Virus record (IMG/VR): IMGVR_UViG_3300020045_002718
Coordinates: 1 to 47,792 of that record
DNA from: a virus
Lineage: Duplodnaviria; Caudoviricetes
DNA: 47,792 nt
Reading direction: 5' to 3' (one strand)
Below are positions 36,530 to 44,689 of this stretch, piece after piece. The position numbers and the translations under genes were made by a program. Positions within the stretch are counted from its first letter, which is position 1; every line of letters begins with the position of its first letter. The notes beneath the pieces were generated by a model. It was not told the DNA's origin. It did not search any database and worked only from the letters and a program-made list of their open reading frames with translations.

Positions 36530-36789
36530 AATCTGAGTGCCTCCACACTAGGTAGATCTGGAAGGAGCTTACGAATTTCACAGTAGCGTTCAGTATCACG
36601 ACGGGTAGACCGCTCCCAATCAATCTGGCGTTGGATGGCACGAGGCTCACCCTTTTTCATTTCGAGGTGGGTCGGCATACCTGTTGTGATACGTTTCTGA
36701 AGCTCATTTGCTTCTTGGAGAAGTTCTTCTGTAGTTGGTTCAATAACTACAGGTTCACTTACTTCTGAGTTAATCGCTTCCTCACTCAT
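36526..36789 (-). CDS. Paralog 1 of tandem GMP-x3-EM family
   Basis: GMPTHLEM...QRQIDWE...VEALR; AGGAGG RBS. Confidence 0.7.
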   Translation of the reverse strand: MSEEAINSEVSEPVVIEPTTEELLQEANELQKRITTGMPTHLEMKKGEPRAIQRQIDWERSTRRDTERYCEIRKLLPDLPSVEALRL

Positions 36790-36810
36790 TACCCCTCCTT
36801 GAACAACATA

Positions 36811-36836
36811 TCCTCAAGGGCACAAGGCCCCTGAGG
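36811..36836 (-). terminator. Hairpin after the capsid-adjacent gene
   Basis: CCTCAAGGGC-ACAAG-GCCCCTGAGG imperfect stem; weak U tail. Confidence 0.4.
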
Positions 36837-36853
36837 TTGATGTTGTGTGTAAA

Positions 36854-37843
36854 TTACGTTGTCTGTACAGCTGTTCTCGATTTCTCGTACCAAGTCGTAC
36901 CATTTGAAATGAACGAAACAACATACACGTCTGAGGCTAAGTTAGCCATTGTCAGAGTGCCTGTTGAGATCATGTTCGTTCCAAATGTCATAACTTCGTC
37001 ACCAGAACCTGCCGCGTCAGTGGTGAAGATAAAGATCATCTCATCACCGGCTGAGCCTGCACCAGAGGCATTGAAAGTAGCATCCGTGTTATCCGCAGGT
37101 TGGTAGGTAAAGATTTGACGGCCCGCGGAGACAGTTAATGTAGGTGTTGCTCCGGGGGTTAATGCTGATGTTGCCTCACTTGTGTGGACAGTACCAAGAG
37201 CTGAGGTTAACACACCTGTAGATGCTAAGGTTAGCTTTGTTACATAGGTTCCGGGTGTGGTAGAGTCATTTCCAATCAGAAGTGACGCCGCACTGGAATC
37301 ATTGAACAATTGCCAACTATCAGAAGCATCCGCCTGAGCATCACCAACAAGACGAAGATACGCGTCAGAAGCAGAAGTGCCCGCTCCATAGATTGTGAGA
37401 TCGCCGTCAGTGGAGCCTGTAACAGTAGTAACACCCGTATCTGTCATAGAGATAATGGGTGTCGTACCGAGAGCAGTACCGAGGCCGATGATTAGGTCAT
37501 CTGCAGAATCGTCAAGGCCGATATGGAAGTCTTGAGCGTTTCCGTCGAAGTTGACTTGAGCATCTTCCTCACCAGCGTCACCTACAGTTACTGAGGGGGT
37601 AGTACCTGCCACAATGACATCCCCCGTAATTGTCTGAGCACCGGTGGTGGCAACTACGCCGCCTGCCGTTACACTATATACTTCTGTGCCTGAGGTGTTG
37701 TTAATTTTAAACACCTTAGTGGATGACGTTGTCGCTCCATCACTGTTTGAGTCAATCTGCACGCCGCCAAAGTTTGTGTTGGCAGCGTACAGAGGTGACA
37801 CAGACAGGAGGGCAACAAGAATTGCAATACTTAATTTACGCAT
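36854..37843 (-). CDS. Head-fibre/decoration-like protein with Sec-type signal peptide
   Basis: Directly after the major capsid gene; MRKLSIAILVALLSVSPLYA; Thr/Gly/Asp-rich; C-terminal VSFISNGTTWYEKSR fibre-tip-like motif. Confidence 0.7.
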   Translation of the reverse strand: MRKLSIAILVALLSVSPLYAANTNFGGVQIDSNSDGATTSSTKVFKINNTSGTEVYSVTAGGVVATTGAQTITGDVIVAGTTPSVTVGDAGEEDAQVNFDGNAQDFHIGLDDSADDLIIGLGTALGTTPIISMTDTGVTTVTGSTDGDLTIYGAGTSASDAYLRLVGDAQADASDSWQLFNDSSAASLLIGNDSTTPGTYVTKLTLASTGVLTSALGTVHTSEATSALTPGATPTLTVSAGRQIFTYQPADNTDATFNASGAGSAGDEMIFIFTTDAAGSGDEVMTFGTNMISTGTLTMANLASDVYVVSFISNGTTWYEKSRTAVQTT

Positions 37844-37865
37844 CTTATTTCTCCTCCTGTTGTGA

Positions 37866-38759
37866 TTAGCTAACTAGAGATCCATGAACCCAGCGCCAGT
37901 CAGAGTAACCTGCACCAAAGCGCATGTAGGCACTGAATTTGGCTTGATAGGTGTCAAAGTCTTTATCCCGGCCGAACTCAAGTGGAATACGATCAAACCA
38001 CATAAGGAACATGTCCTTAAGGTTGGAGTCAATCATAAACCAGTTGTTCGAGTCGGTTAGGTAATCCCATACGGCAAGTTTGTATTTGCCATAGTGGAAG
38101 TTTGCGTTGTTGTTAGCGGTTTCCACTTTTCCGCGGGATGCGATAATCTCCCAGCCTGTCTGCTCTAAGCCGCGAGGGACAAGGAGCAAGTCAGGAATCA
38201 CAGTGATCTTCTCACCTTCAGAGTCACGGAAATCAGCCATCGCGGTACGGGCTGCCTCAATCGCTGTTGCAGAGAGGGCAGATGTGCCACGGTTAGACTG
38301 AGTTGCGACACCTGGGGTGATAGAGGTGTGAGCTGTAGAACAGAGAGACAATGCGTCACCGGAAATAGAGGTATCCGTAAAGGCATTGTTAAAGATTGTT
38401 GCGCCGCGTTTTTCACGGGTACGCCGGGCTGCCACGGCTAGACCTTGAGGCTTCTTATTCATGATGCTGTACAAGTCATCATCCCAAAGCTTACGTTGGA
38501 CTTTAAAGCCCTTAGCGAACTCCGTGAAGCGGTAGGTAACATCGTATTGCTGATAGACTTCATCATAACCGATGGTACCGGTAAATTCTCCGAAATCAGA
38601 GAATCCGCCGACAGCAGAGTCCTTTTCCTCAGGCTTATCCGAGGTCATCATATTGAACAGATCAGGTAACATCGAAGGGATGATGTTGAACTGGTCTGAG
38701 AAAATCTTTCTAAATCCCGGTGTAAGTAAATCACCGAAGGCTTCTGCAATTGCTGGCAT
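37866..38759 (-). CDS. Major capsid protein (HK97 fold, Mu gpT-like)
   Basis: FAKGFKVQRKLWDDD, DALSLCSTAH, PDLLLVP..LE, RFGAGYSDWR. Confidence 0.9.
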   Translation of the reverse strand: MPAIAEAFGDLLTPGFRKIFSDQFNIIPSMLPDLFNMMTSDKPEEKDSAVGGFSDFGEFTGTIGYDEVYQQYDVTYRFTEFAKGFKVQRKLWDDDLYSIMNKKPQGLAVAARRTREKRGATIFNNAFTDTSISGDALSLCSTAHTSITPGVATQSNRGTSALSATAIEAARTAMADFRDSEGEKITVIPDLLLVPRGLEQTGWEIIASRGKVETANNNANFHYGKYKLAVWDYLTDSNNWFMIDSNLKDMFLMWFDRIPLEFGRDKDFDTYQAKFSAYMRFGAGYSDWRWVHGSLVS

Positions 38760-38839
38760 TGTTGTATCCTCCTAAGATTATGCAGAACTGCAGCCTGCCA
38801 GACATTGTGCCCGGCAGGCAACAGAACTAAACTATATTG

Positions 38840-39628
38840 TTAAGCGTTCTTGTAGATGTGATCAAGCATTGCGATAGCTGCAAAGAACTTCGCTTTGCTG
38901 GTCAAATCTAAGCCGCGATGCGAACGAGCGCGAAGCGGTTGGAACGAAATGCCGTCATCACGCAAGAAGTTCTCGATAATCGTAAGAGCAACTCCTGAGC
39001 CGATGGCTGCGTTGGTACCGAGACCGGTGCCTGCAGCGTTAAGGTCAGATGTCTTATGATTAACAGGGAGAATCTTAATTGCGGTGCCGGATGTTTCATT
39101 ACCACCCGTTAAGGCTGAGTCCATCGTAGCGGAACCAGACGCTGATGCCGTCAACTGACGTAAGTTGTAGGCGTCACCGGTTACAGCGGAAGTGACCATG
39201 AAGATCCACGCCGTATCAATGTCATCTTCAAGGGAAGTAACAGTGAAGGTCGTAGTGGAAGTTGAGGCCACAGCCATTGTGTCGGCTTGGTCGTATTCGG
39301 CTAGGTAGACTGCTCCGGGGTTGACGATAGCTTTGTTGTAGGGCGGATTGGCTACGTCAGGAAGAGTAGCAACACTAACTGTGTCACCACTAATCAACGG
39401 ATCAGGGCCAGTAGTATTGCGCTTCATCAAGCTGATGCCAAGAGCGTCAATAGCTTCAGCACTGGAAGCAGTAGTTGCCGTAACGAAAGCAACTCCGTGG
39501 TCTGCACCACTGTCTGGATCCGTAGTTCCCAACATAATCAACTCACCTTGATCAATCAAGGCTGCATCGTAAATCGGAACGTAGCGTTCAATCGGCTCAG
39601 CGCCGTATAAGTCGTGGAACCATCTCAT
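38840..39628 (-). CDS. Putative capsid decoration/cement protein
   Basis: Immediately upstream of the major capsid gene; IDQGELI...IVNPGAVYLAE pattern. Confidence 0.55.
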   Translation of the reverse strand: MRWFHDLYGAEPIERYVPIYDAALIDQGELIMLGTTDPDSGADHGVAFVTATTASSAEAIDALGISLMKRNTTGPDPLISGDTVSVATLPDVANPPYNKAIVNPGAVYLAEYDQADTMAVASTSTTTFTVTSLEDDIDTAWIFMVTSAVTGDAYNLRQLTASASGSATMDSALTGGNETSGTAIKILPVNHKTSDLNAAGTGLGTNAAIGSGVALTIIENFLRDDGISFQPLRARSHRGLDLTSKAKFFAAIAMLDHIYKNA

Positions 39629-39704
39629 CGTAAGTACTCCTCAGGTTGTTGGGGATTAGCCCCTCTTAACCCTAGTCAGTGAATCTGCTAGAGCCGTTCT
39701 CAAG

Positions 39705-40001
39705 CTACTTCTTGAATTTGTGAATCCCAATGTGCATCGTTGGCTTGAGATTCTTAAACGATGCGTAGGGATTTCCTACTTCACGAGTCTTAATGTCTTG
39801 GTCGCCGTAGTGTCCTACCGGTGTCAGGTCTTCCCTGTAGATCATGTGACATGATTTACACTGGTAACGACGGACATAGGGGCCGACTCGATCAAGAAGT
39901 TTTACCTTTGACCCAAAACAAGTGGGGCAAATGGCTGTACCGGAGAAGGCGGCTGGGTGTAGCTTACGGAATGGATTATAGTTTAGGACTGTTAAGCCCA
40001 T
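39705..40001 (-). CDS. Zn-ribbon protein
   Basis: CPTC...RYQCKSC. Confidence 0.65.
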   Translation of the reverse strand: MGLTVLNYNPFRKLHPAAFSGTAICPTCFGSKVKLLDRVGPYVRRYQCKSCHMIYREDLTPVGHYGDQDIKTREVGNPYASFKNLKPTMHIGIHKFKK

Positions 40002-40004
40002 AGC

Positions 40005-40346
40005 TTATCCTCCCGGACCACGAGCACTTTGGGATGCCCCACATTGGGGGCAACCGAAGCCCACAACTGGGTTGTATACCACAGTGCTGTTTGGCTCCTG
40101 AGTAGTACGGACAGATGTGACACCGTCGTACTCAGAGTCCAAGTTATGTCGTGTAGTGTCAATCGGGAAGCCGCATTGGTAACAACGAATCCACCGGCTT
40201 TCGTTGGACTTACCGCTGCGGACTGCCCAATCAGGAAGGTCAATACCCTTAAGAGTTCCTAAGGGTTGGCGTCCTGTTGGTGACGGATGCACGTCATTAA
40301 ATGGTACGGATTCCATAAATAAGTTACCCTCGTTTAGCTTTCTCAT
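40005..40346 (-). CDS. Zn-finger protein
   Basis: CYQCG...CPQCG; start may be MESVP at 40316. Confidence 0.65.
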   Translation of the reverse strand: MRKLNEGNLFMESVPFNDVHPSPTGRQPLGTLKGIDLPDWAVRSGKSNESRWIRCYQCGFPIDTTRHNLDSEYDGVTSVRTTQEPNSTVVYNPVVGFGCPQCGASQSARGPGG

Positions 40347-41163
40347 ACTTCATGGGTATTTTGAAAGCTTCACGGTCGGTACTTTCACCTTTCCATTTAG
40401 CGTATTCTTGAACCGAACCGCCAAAGTATTTATTGACGACCCGCATTTCTGTCGGAGATACGGCGGGTACTGCGTTGCCGCCTCCCATGGGGGATGAGGG
40501 AGAACCGTTGCCGATAGGGGCACTACCACCGTTGATGGCTGCTTGGCGTGCCGCTTCAGCTGCTGCACCGGCTGCGTAGTCTTTACCCTTTCCGCTGCGG
40601 ATTTCCGCTAATTCCCATGTTTGACGTAAGGATTTCTCCGTTGCGCCAGCTACCGGGTTTTCCTTGATAAGCTTACTGAACTCGATGTAGACGGGGTCAG
40701 TAGTGCGTTTCACGGGGTCCGATAGGTTTGGATTCTTTTGGTAGACATCACTTAGGAAGCGTTGACGGCCTTCCATAAATTCAGTCTTGGTTCGCTCTTC
40801 GCGATAGGTCTTACGGGCACGGTAGTCAGTGGCTGCACCGGGGTCAGATGCGTACCATTCTTCCCAGTTTGTGTAACCGGAAGGAAGGGCTTCATCAGAA
40901 GACGGTGTTGCGGAGCTAGGTGGGGTTGCAGGATCCTGTGAAGGGGTTGAGCCGCTTGTGGCTAGTCCCTTATAGTACTCTGCAGCTGTCTTAGCATCTG
41001 CTGCCTCTTGCTCTAACTGCTTAGCTTTCGTATTGACCTCATCAAAGCGTTCACGAGGAATCCACTTCTCGCGATTCGCTGCATCATCTTGAGTTCCAGC
41101 CGGGGGCGAGCCTGCTGCCGGAGGTGTTGCCGATCCGGGTGTTCCGCCTGTTGGTTCTGGCAT
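40324..41163 (-). CDS. Capsid scaffolding protein
   Basis: Pro-rich N-terminus, IPRERFDEVN, coiled coil, C-terminal SVQEYAKWK helix. Confidence 0.8.
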   Translation of the reverse strand: MPEPTGGTPGSATPPAAGSPPAGTQDDAANREKWIPRERFDEVNTKAKQLEQEAADAKTAAEYYKGLATSGSTPSQDPATPPSSATPSSDEALPSGYTNWEEWYASDPGAATDYRARKTYREERTKTEFMEGRQRFLSDVYQKNPNLSDPVKRTTDPVYIEFSKLIKENPVAGATEKSLRQTWELAEIRSGKGKDYAAGAAAEAARQAAINGGSAPIGNGSPSSPMGGGNAVPAVSPTEMRVVNKYFGGSVQEYAKWKGESTDREAFKIPMKYEKAKRG

Positions 41164-41267
41164 TGTCGCTCCACTATTTTACCGTGGTCGTGTCCACGTT
41201 GCGATTACTTACAGTAATTAGTACTGTAAGGTACTACTGTTACTACACTGCACTATCGGTTGTGGTG

Positions 41268-41675
41268 TTACTTACCTTTAATCACAATGTCTCGTAAGCG
41301 TTCAATTATCTGTCGAATCTCTTCACCTGCACGGAGGCGGCCGCCGTTGAAGCTGGAAAGGCGGCCATTGGTGTCTTTAGGGTCACGAAGGTCGGCCTGT
41401 AACTCTCGATCTACACGCATCTGGTAGACTACAATTTGTTTCATGAGAGCGTCCTTAACATAAGGCCAAGAGTCTGAAGAAAAGAAGTCGCGGAGACGGG
41501 TTTGGATATAGGGGTCTTCGGGAGAGAGAGGCTTCGTGACTTCGGCTTCAGGAGTTTCGGATTTATTTAGGGACTCTACTTTGAGAACGGTCGGTTTAGG
41601 TTGATTGCCTTTGATAAAGTCTACCATCATGCCGAGGGGACCGAACATTAGAAACCTCCTAAAGAGTTTATACAA
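41268..41675 (-). CDS. Hypothetical protein between portal and scaffold
   Basis: SDSWPYVKDAL helix typical of post-portal small genes; start uncertain. Confidence 0.6.
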   Translation of the reverse strand: MYKLFRRFLMFGPLGMMVDFIKGNQPKPTVLKVESLNKSETPEAEVTKPLSPEDPYIQTRLRDFFSSDSWPYVKDALMKQIVVYQMRVDRELQADLRDPKDTNGRLSSFNGGRLRAGEEIRQIIERLRDIVIKGK

Positions 41676-41736
41676 ACTTTATAAATGGGGCGGAGCCGCC
41701 TGTACGGGTGTAGCCATGTTGGATATAGCCATATCA

Positions 41737-43941
41737 TTAGAAACCTCCCGGTGCTGATAGAGATTGATCCGGGGGTGCCATAGGAGCGCCTGATGGGACT
41801 TCTTCAGAGCCAATGAATTGTTCTTGTGGGTTGCCCTGAGGCTGACCTTGAGAACCAGCTTGTTGTTGGGCTTGTTGAGCACGGGCTTGAATAGCCTGAG
41901 TAATCATCTTAACCATACGGGTACGGGCGACAGAGATGGCGTCATCGACAAGGTGGCGTTTGCCCATGTCAAGCTTGTCATACTCGTCTGAGGCTTTGAA
42001 TTGAGAGAGACCGGAGATGATAGCAATGAAGTCGCCTTGAGAGGGAATCTCTGGAGCGAAACCTTGTTTAATGTCTTCAAGCATCATGCTGACTGCTTCT
42101 AGGGGGTCGCCTGTGTCAGGAGGGCGGGTGCCGATAATGCGACGTACGTCACGGTTGAAGGACTTAAGCATGTCAGCTGTGATTTCCCAGAGACGGGCTG
42201 GGCTACGCTGTACTAAGGGGTTCTCTACCATGGCTTGATAGATGGTGACGCTGATTTGACGCTCATAGGATTTGTTGGAGGTTTCTGTGTCACCGGTTAG
42301 GTAGGCATGGTAGCGGCCACGGAGTTCCTGACGGGTGATGCCTTCAGGGAATAGTTTCTTGCCATCGTCACCTAGGACACGTTCCGCTAAGTTAGGGGGA
42401 AGATAGGCTTGGTAGAGGGCGGTTAGGCGGTTCATAATCTTGGAGACACCTCGCTTGACACGCTCTCCAAGTAGATTGAAACGGATGTTACCTTGGCCGA
42501 CTACAAGTTGGGTACCGCGGGCGGTAGCACGGGATTTGAATATTTCGGATTCTCTGCCTAACTGGAAGCTGCCTGCAATAGAGAGCTTCTCAATCTGACC
42601 TTGGGTCATAGCTTCTTCAGAGGCTAGGATTGTTGAGGGGTTAGAGAACTGCGCGAATGAGGCATCCCGTATGTCGTCAAGAGGCAGCCATGAACCGGGC
42701 TGAAGCGTAATTTTGTCTGGCTTGAAGCCGGAAGCTGCCCGATAGAAACCGAAGGGAATGATGCTCACAGAGCCAGCGTCAATACGCTGGTTGTGGATGG
42801 CATCACGCTCTTGGGCGAGAAGACGGATCATTTCGGGTATGCCGATACCGTAGAAGAAGTTCTTACGAGGGATTAGCCAAGTGGCTTCAAAGGGGCGCTT
42901 TCCGTCTGGAGAGGGTTGGTAACGGCCGCTAAGATAGGTCTTTAGGCTGCGGATAATTGTAAAGGTACATTCAGAGCGGAAGCCTTCACGTTCGGCATCA
43001 TAGAGGCCGTGCCACTCTAGGATTTCTAGACGCTTTCGGTTACGTATTTGTGGGAGAGTGAAGCCTGCTGATTGAAGGCGGGTGACTAGTTCACTGTCTG
43101 TGTTCTTCATGAGTTCGTCTACTTGAGCGTCTAGGTCGAAGTTGGGGTCTTGGAATAGTTTACGGGCGATGGATTCCTTGATTTCAGCTACTGTAAGGTA
43201 GTAACGACGGATGTTATGGGACATAAGGTGGATATCACGGCCCTCGGTAATGGGGACTAAGAAGTCCTCAATGTTCATGTTGTATACGCCGCCACGCTCT
43301 AGGAGTTCCACCTTACGTTTGAATTGTTCGGAGCCAGAAGAGTCTAATTCCCAGTCACGGTATACGTTTCGGACACGGTCCCAAAAGATGTAGCTGACTT
43401 GGGTACCTGCCATGATAGCTGAATGGACGTGTTCATCTAACTTCTCCATGAAGTCGAGCATGTCAATACGGAAGGCCCAATTCATGAAGCGGGTGACGTT
43501 ATTCAGGTTACGGATAGAGGGGGAGTTCTCGGCACGGAAGTTAGCGAGAGGGTCAGTCATGACGGCACCAAAAAGACGGGGGTGCATATTTTCTACGGCT
43601 ATGGGTACGTCACCCGCTGTTACATTACTTGCACCCGGAAATGGCTCAGCTTTCGTCCCCCGCTCTTGTTCGTATAGTTTAATGCACTCTCGAATACGTT
43701 CTAGGTAAGGCTTCATGGAGTCTTCATCGGTGGTTGCATCCAGTAAGACCATCTCAACAATAGCTGCCTTACGAATGGGGTCGTAGGAGAATTGGTCTGT
43801 GTAGGCAGGTTGGTCTTTGTATTCTAATGCTGCTTGGGGAGAAGGGACTGTACGGTCATTTGTGTTAGTGGGTGTTTTGTAGCCGGAGGCTTGCTGGTCG
43901 GGAAGATTGGGAATGTTACTTTCTGGCATGTAGGTTGGCAT
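41737..43941 (-). CDS. Portal protein (P22-like, long)
   Basis: FPGASN, FYGIGIPE, IHNQRID, TARGT, Gln-rich C-terminal tail; downstream of TerL. Confidence 0.9.
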   Translation of the reverse strand: MPTYMPESNIPNLPDQQASGYKTPTNTNDRTVPSPQAALEYKDQPAYTDQFSYDPIRKAAIVEMVLLDATTDEDSMKPYLERIRECIKLYEQERGTKAEPFPGASNVTAGDVPIAVENMHPRLFGAVMTDPLANFRAENSPSIRNLNNVTRFMNWAFRIDMLDFMEKLDEHVHSAIMAGTQVSYIFWDRVRNVYRDWELDSSGSEQFKRKVELLERGGVYNMNIEDFLVPITEGRDIHLMSHNIRRYYLTVAEIKESIARKLFQDPNFDLDAQVDELMKNTDSELVTRLQSAGFTLPQIRNRKRLEILEWHGLYDAEREGFRSECTFTIIRSLKTYLSGRYQPSPDGKRPFEATWLIPRKNFFYGIGIPEMIRLLAQERDAIHNQRIDAGSVSIIPFGFYRAASGFKPDKITLQPGSWLPLDDIRDASFAQFSNPSTILASEEAMTQGQIEKLSIAGSFQLGRESEIFKSRATARGTQLVVGQGNIRFNLLGERVKRGVSKIMNRLTALYQAYLPPNLAERVLGDDGKKLFPEGITRQELRGRYHAYLTGDTETSNKSYERQISVTIYQAMVENPLVQRSPARLWEITADMLKSFNRDVRRIIGTRPPDTGDPLEAVSMMLEDIKQGFAPEIPSQGDFIAIISGLSQFKASDEYDKLDMGKRHLVDDAISVARTRMVKMITQAIQARAQQAQQQAGSQGQPQGNPQEQFIGSEEVPSGAPMAPPDQSLSAPGGF

Positions 43942-43942
43942 A

Positions 43943-44131
43943 TTAGTAAGCTGCCTTCTTTATGAACTTACCACGCTTCTTCTTACCTGTCGGCTTGAGG
44001 CCATGGTCGATTGCGTTTAGGAGGCGTTGTTGAGACTTTGCACTCATCATAGAGGTACCCTTACTGTGTACCATGTTGGGAGTTTCTACTCTGTACTTTC
44101 CGGGACCGACCTTATAGACTTTTGCTGGCAT
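43943..44131 (-). CDS. Small basic protein
   Basis: HSKGTS...QQRLLNAIDHG, Lys-rich. Confidence 0.65.
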   Translation of the reverse strand: MPAKVYKVGPGKYRVETPNMVHSKGTSMMSAKSQQRLLNAIDHGLKPTGKKKRGKFIKKAAY

Positions 44132-44140
44132 AGGGATATC

Positions 44141-44356
44141 CTACTTGTAGGTCTGAGAGCGCACTGTTTTGAAGACGTCGGACTGTTTCATGGATTTAGA
44201 GTAGTTACTGAGAGTGTTACCAGACAGGTTATCAGATTGAGGAGGCTTAGATTTGGTAGTGCGTATATCAATCTGGCGTCCCCGGTCTAGCTTACCCGAA
44301 AGGGAAGAGGCCCTCCCAGAGGATGATCTAGAAGGGCCTGTAGGTAACTTAGCCAT
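44141..44356 (-). CDS. Small basic Ser-rich protein
   Basis: Packed between TerL and portal. Confidence 0.55.
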   Translation of the reverse strand: MAKLPTGPSRSSSGRASSLSGKLDRGRQIDIRTTKSKPPQSDNLSGNTLSNYSKSMKQSDVFKTVRSQTYK

Positions 44357-44375
44357 AGGCTATGTTGTATTTCCC

Positions 44376-44576
44376 TTAACTTGCTCGGACTACTGTTTTT
44401 TTGCTGACGCGGTCAATGTAAGAAGTCTTAGGACCCGTCTTAGTGTTATCTGCGGATCCGCCAGTTGCGCTGTTGGATTGACAGGTTTGTATGCCAAACT
44501 TAACGGAATCGTTATTCTTAGTACCCTGTTTACCGTACTCTACTGATCTGAACTCACCCGTGAATTCTGCACCCAT
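44376..44576 (-). CDS. Small hypothetical protein
   Basis: GGAGG RBS. Confidence 0.55.
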   Translation of the reverse strand: MGAEFTGEFRSVEYGKQGTKNNDSVKFGIQTCQSNSATGGSADNTKTGPKTSYIDRVSKKTVVRAS

Positions 44577-44689
44577 TGAGGGCCTCCGTAATGTTAATAA
44601 TTGTGGTAACTACCTGTAGGCACCGTTTCGACATAGTGTACAGGTTACTTTAGTAAGTACTAGGACTATTTAGTTATTTAGTATAACTG

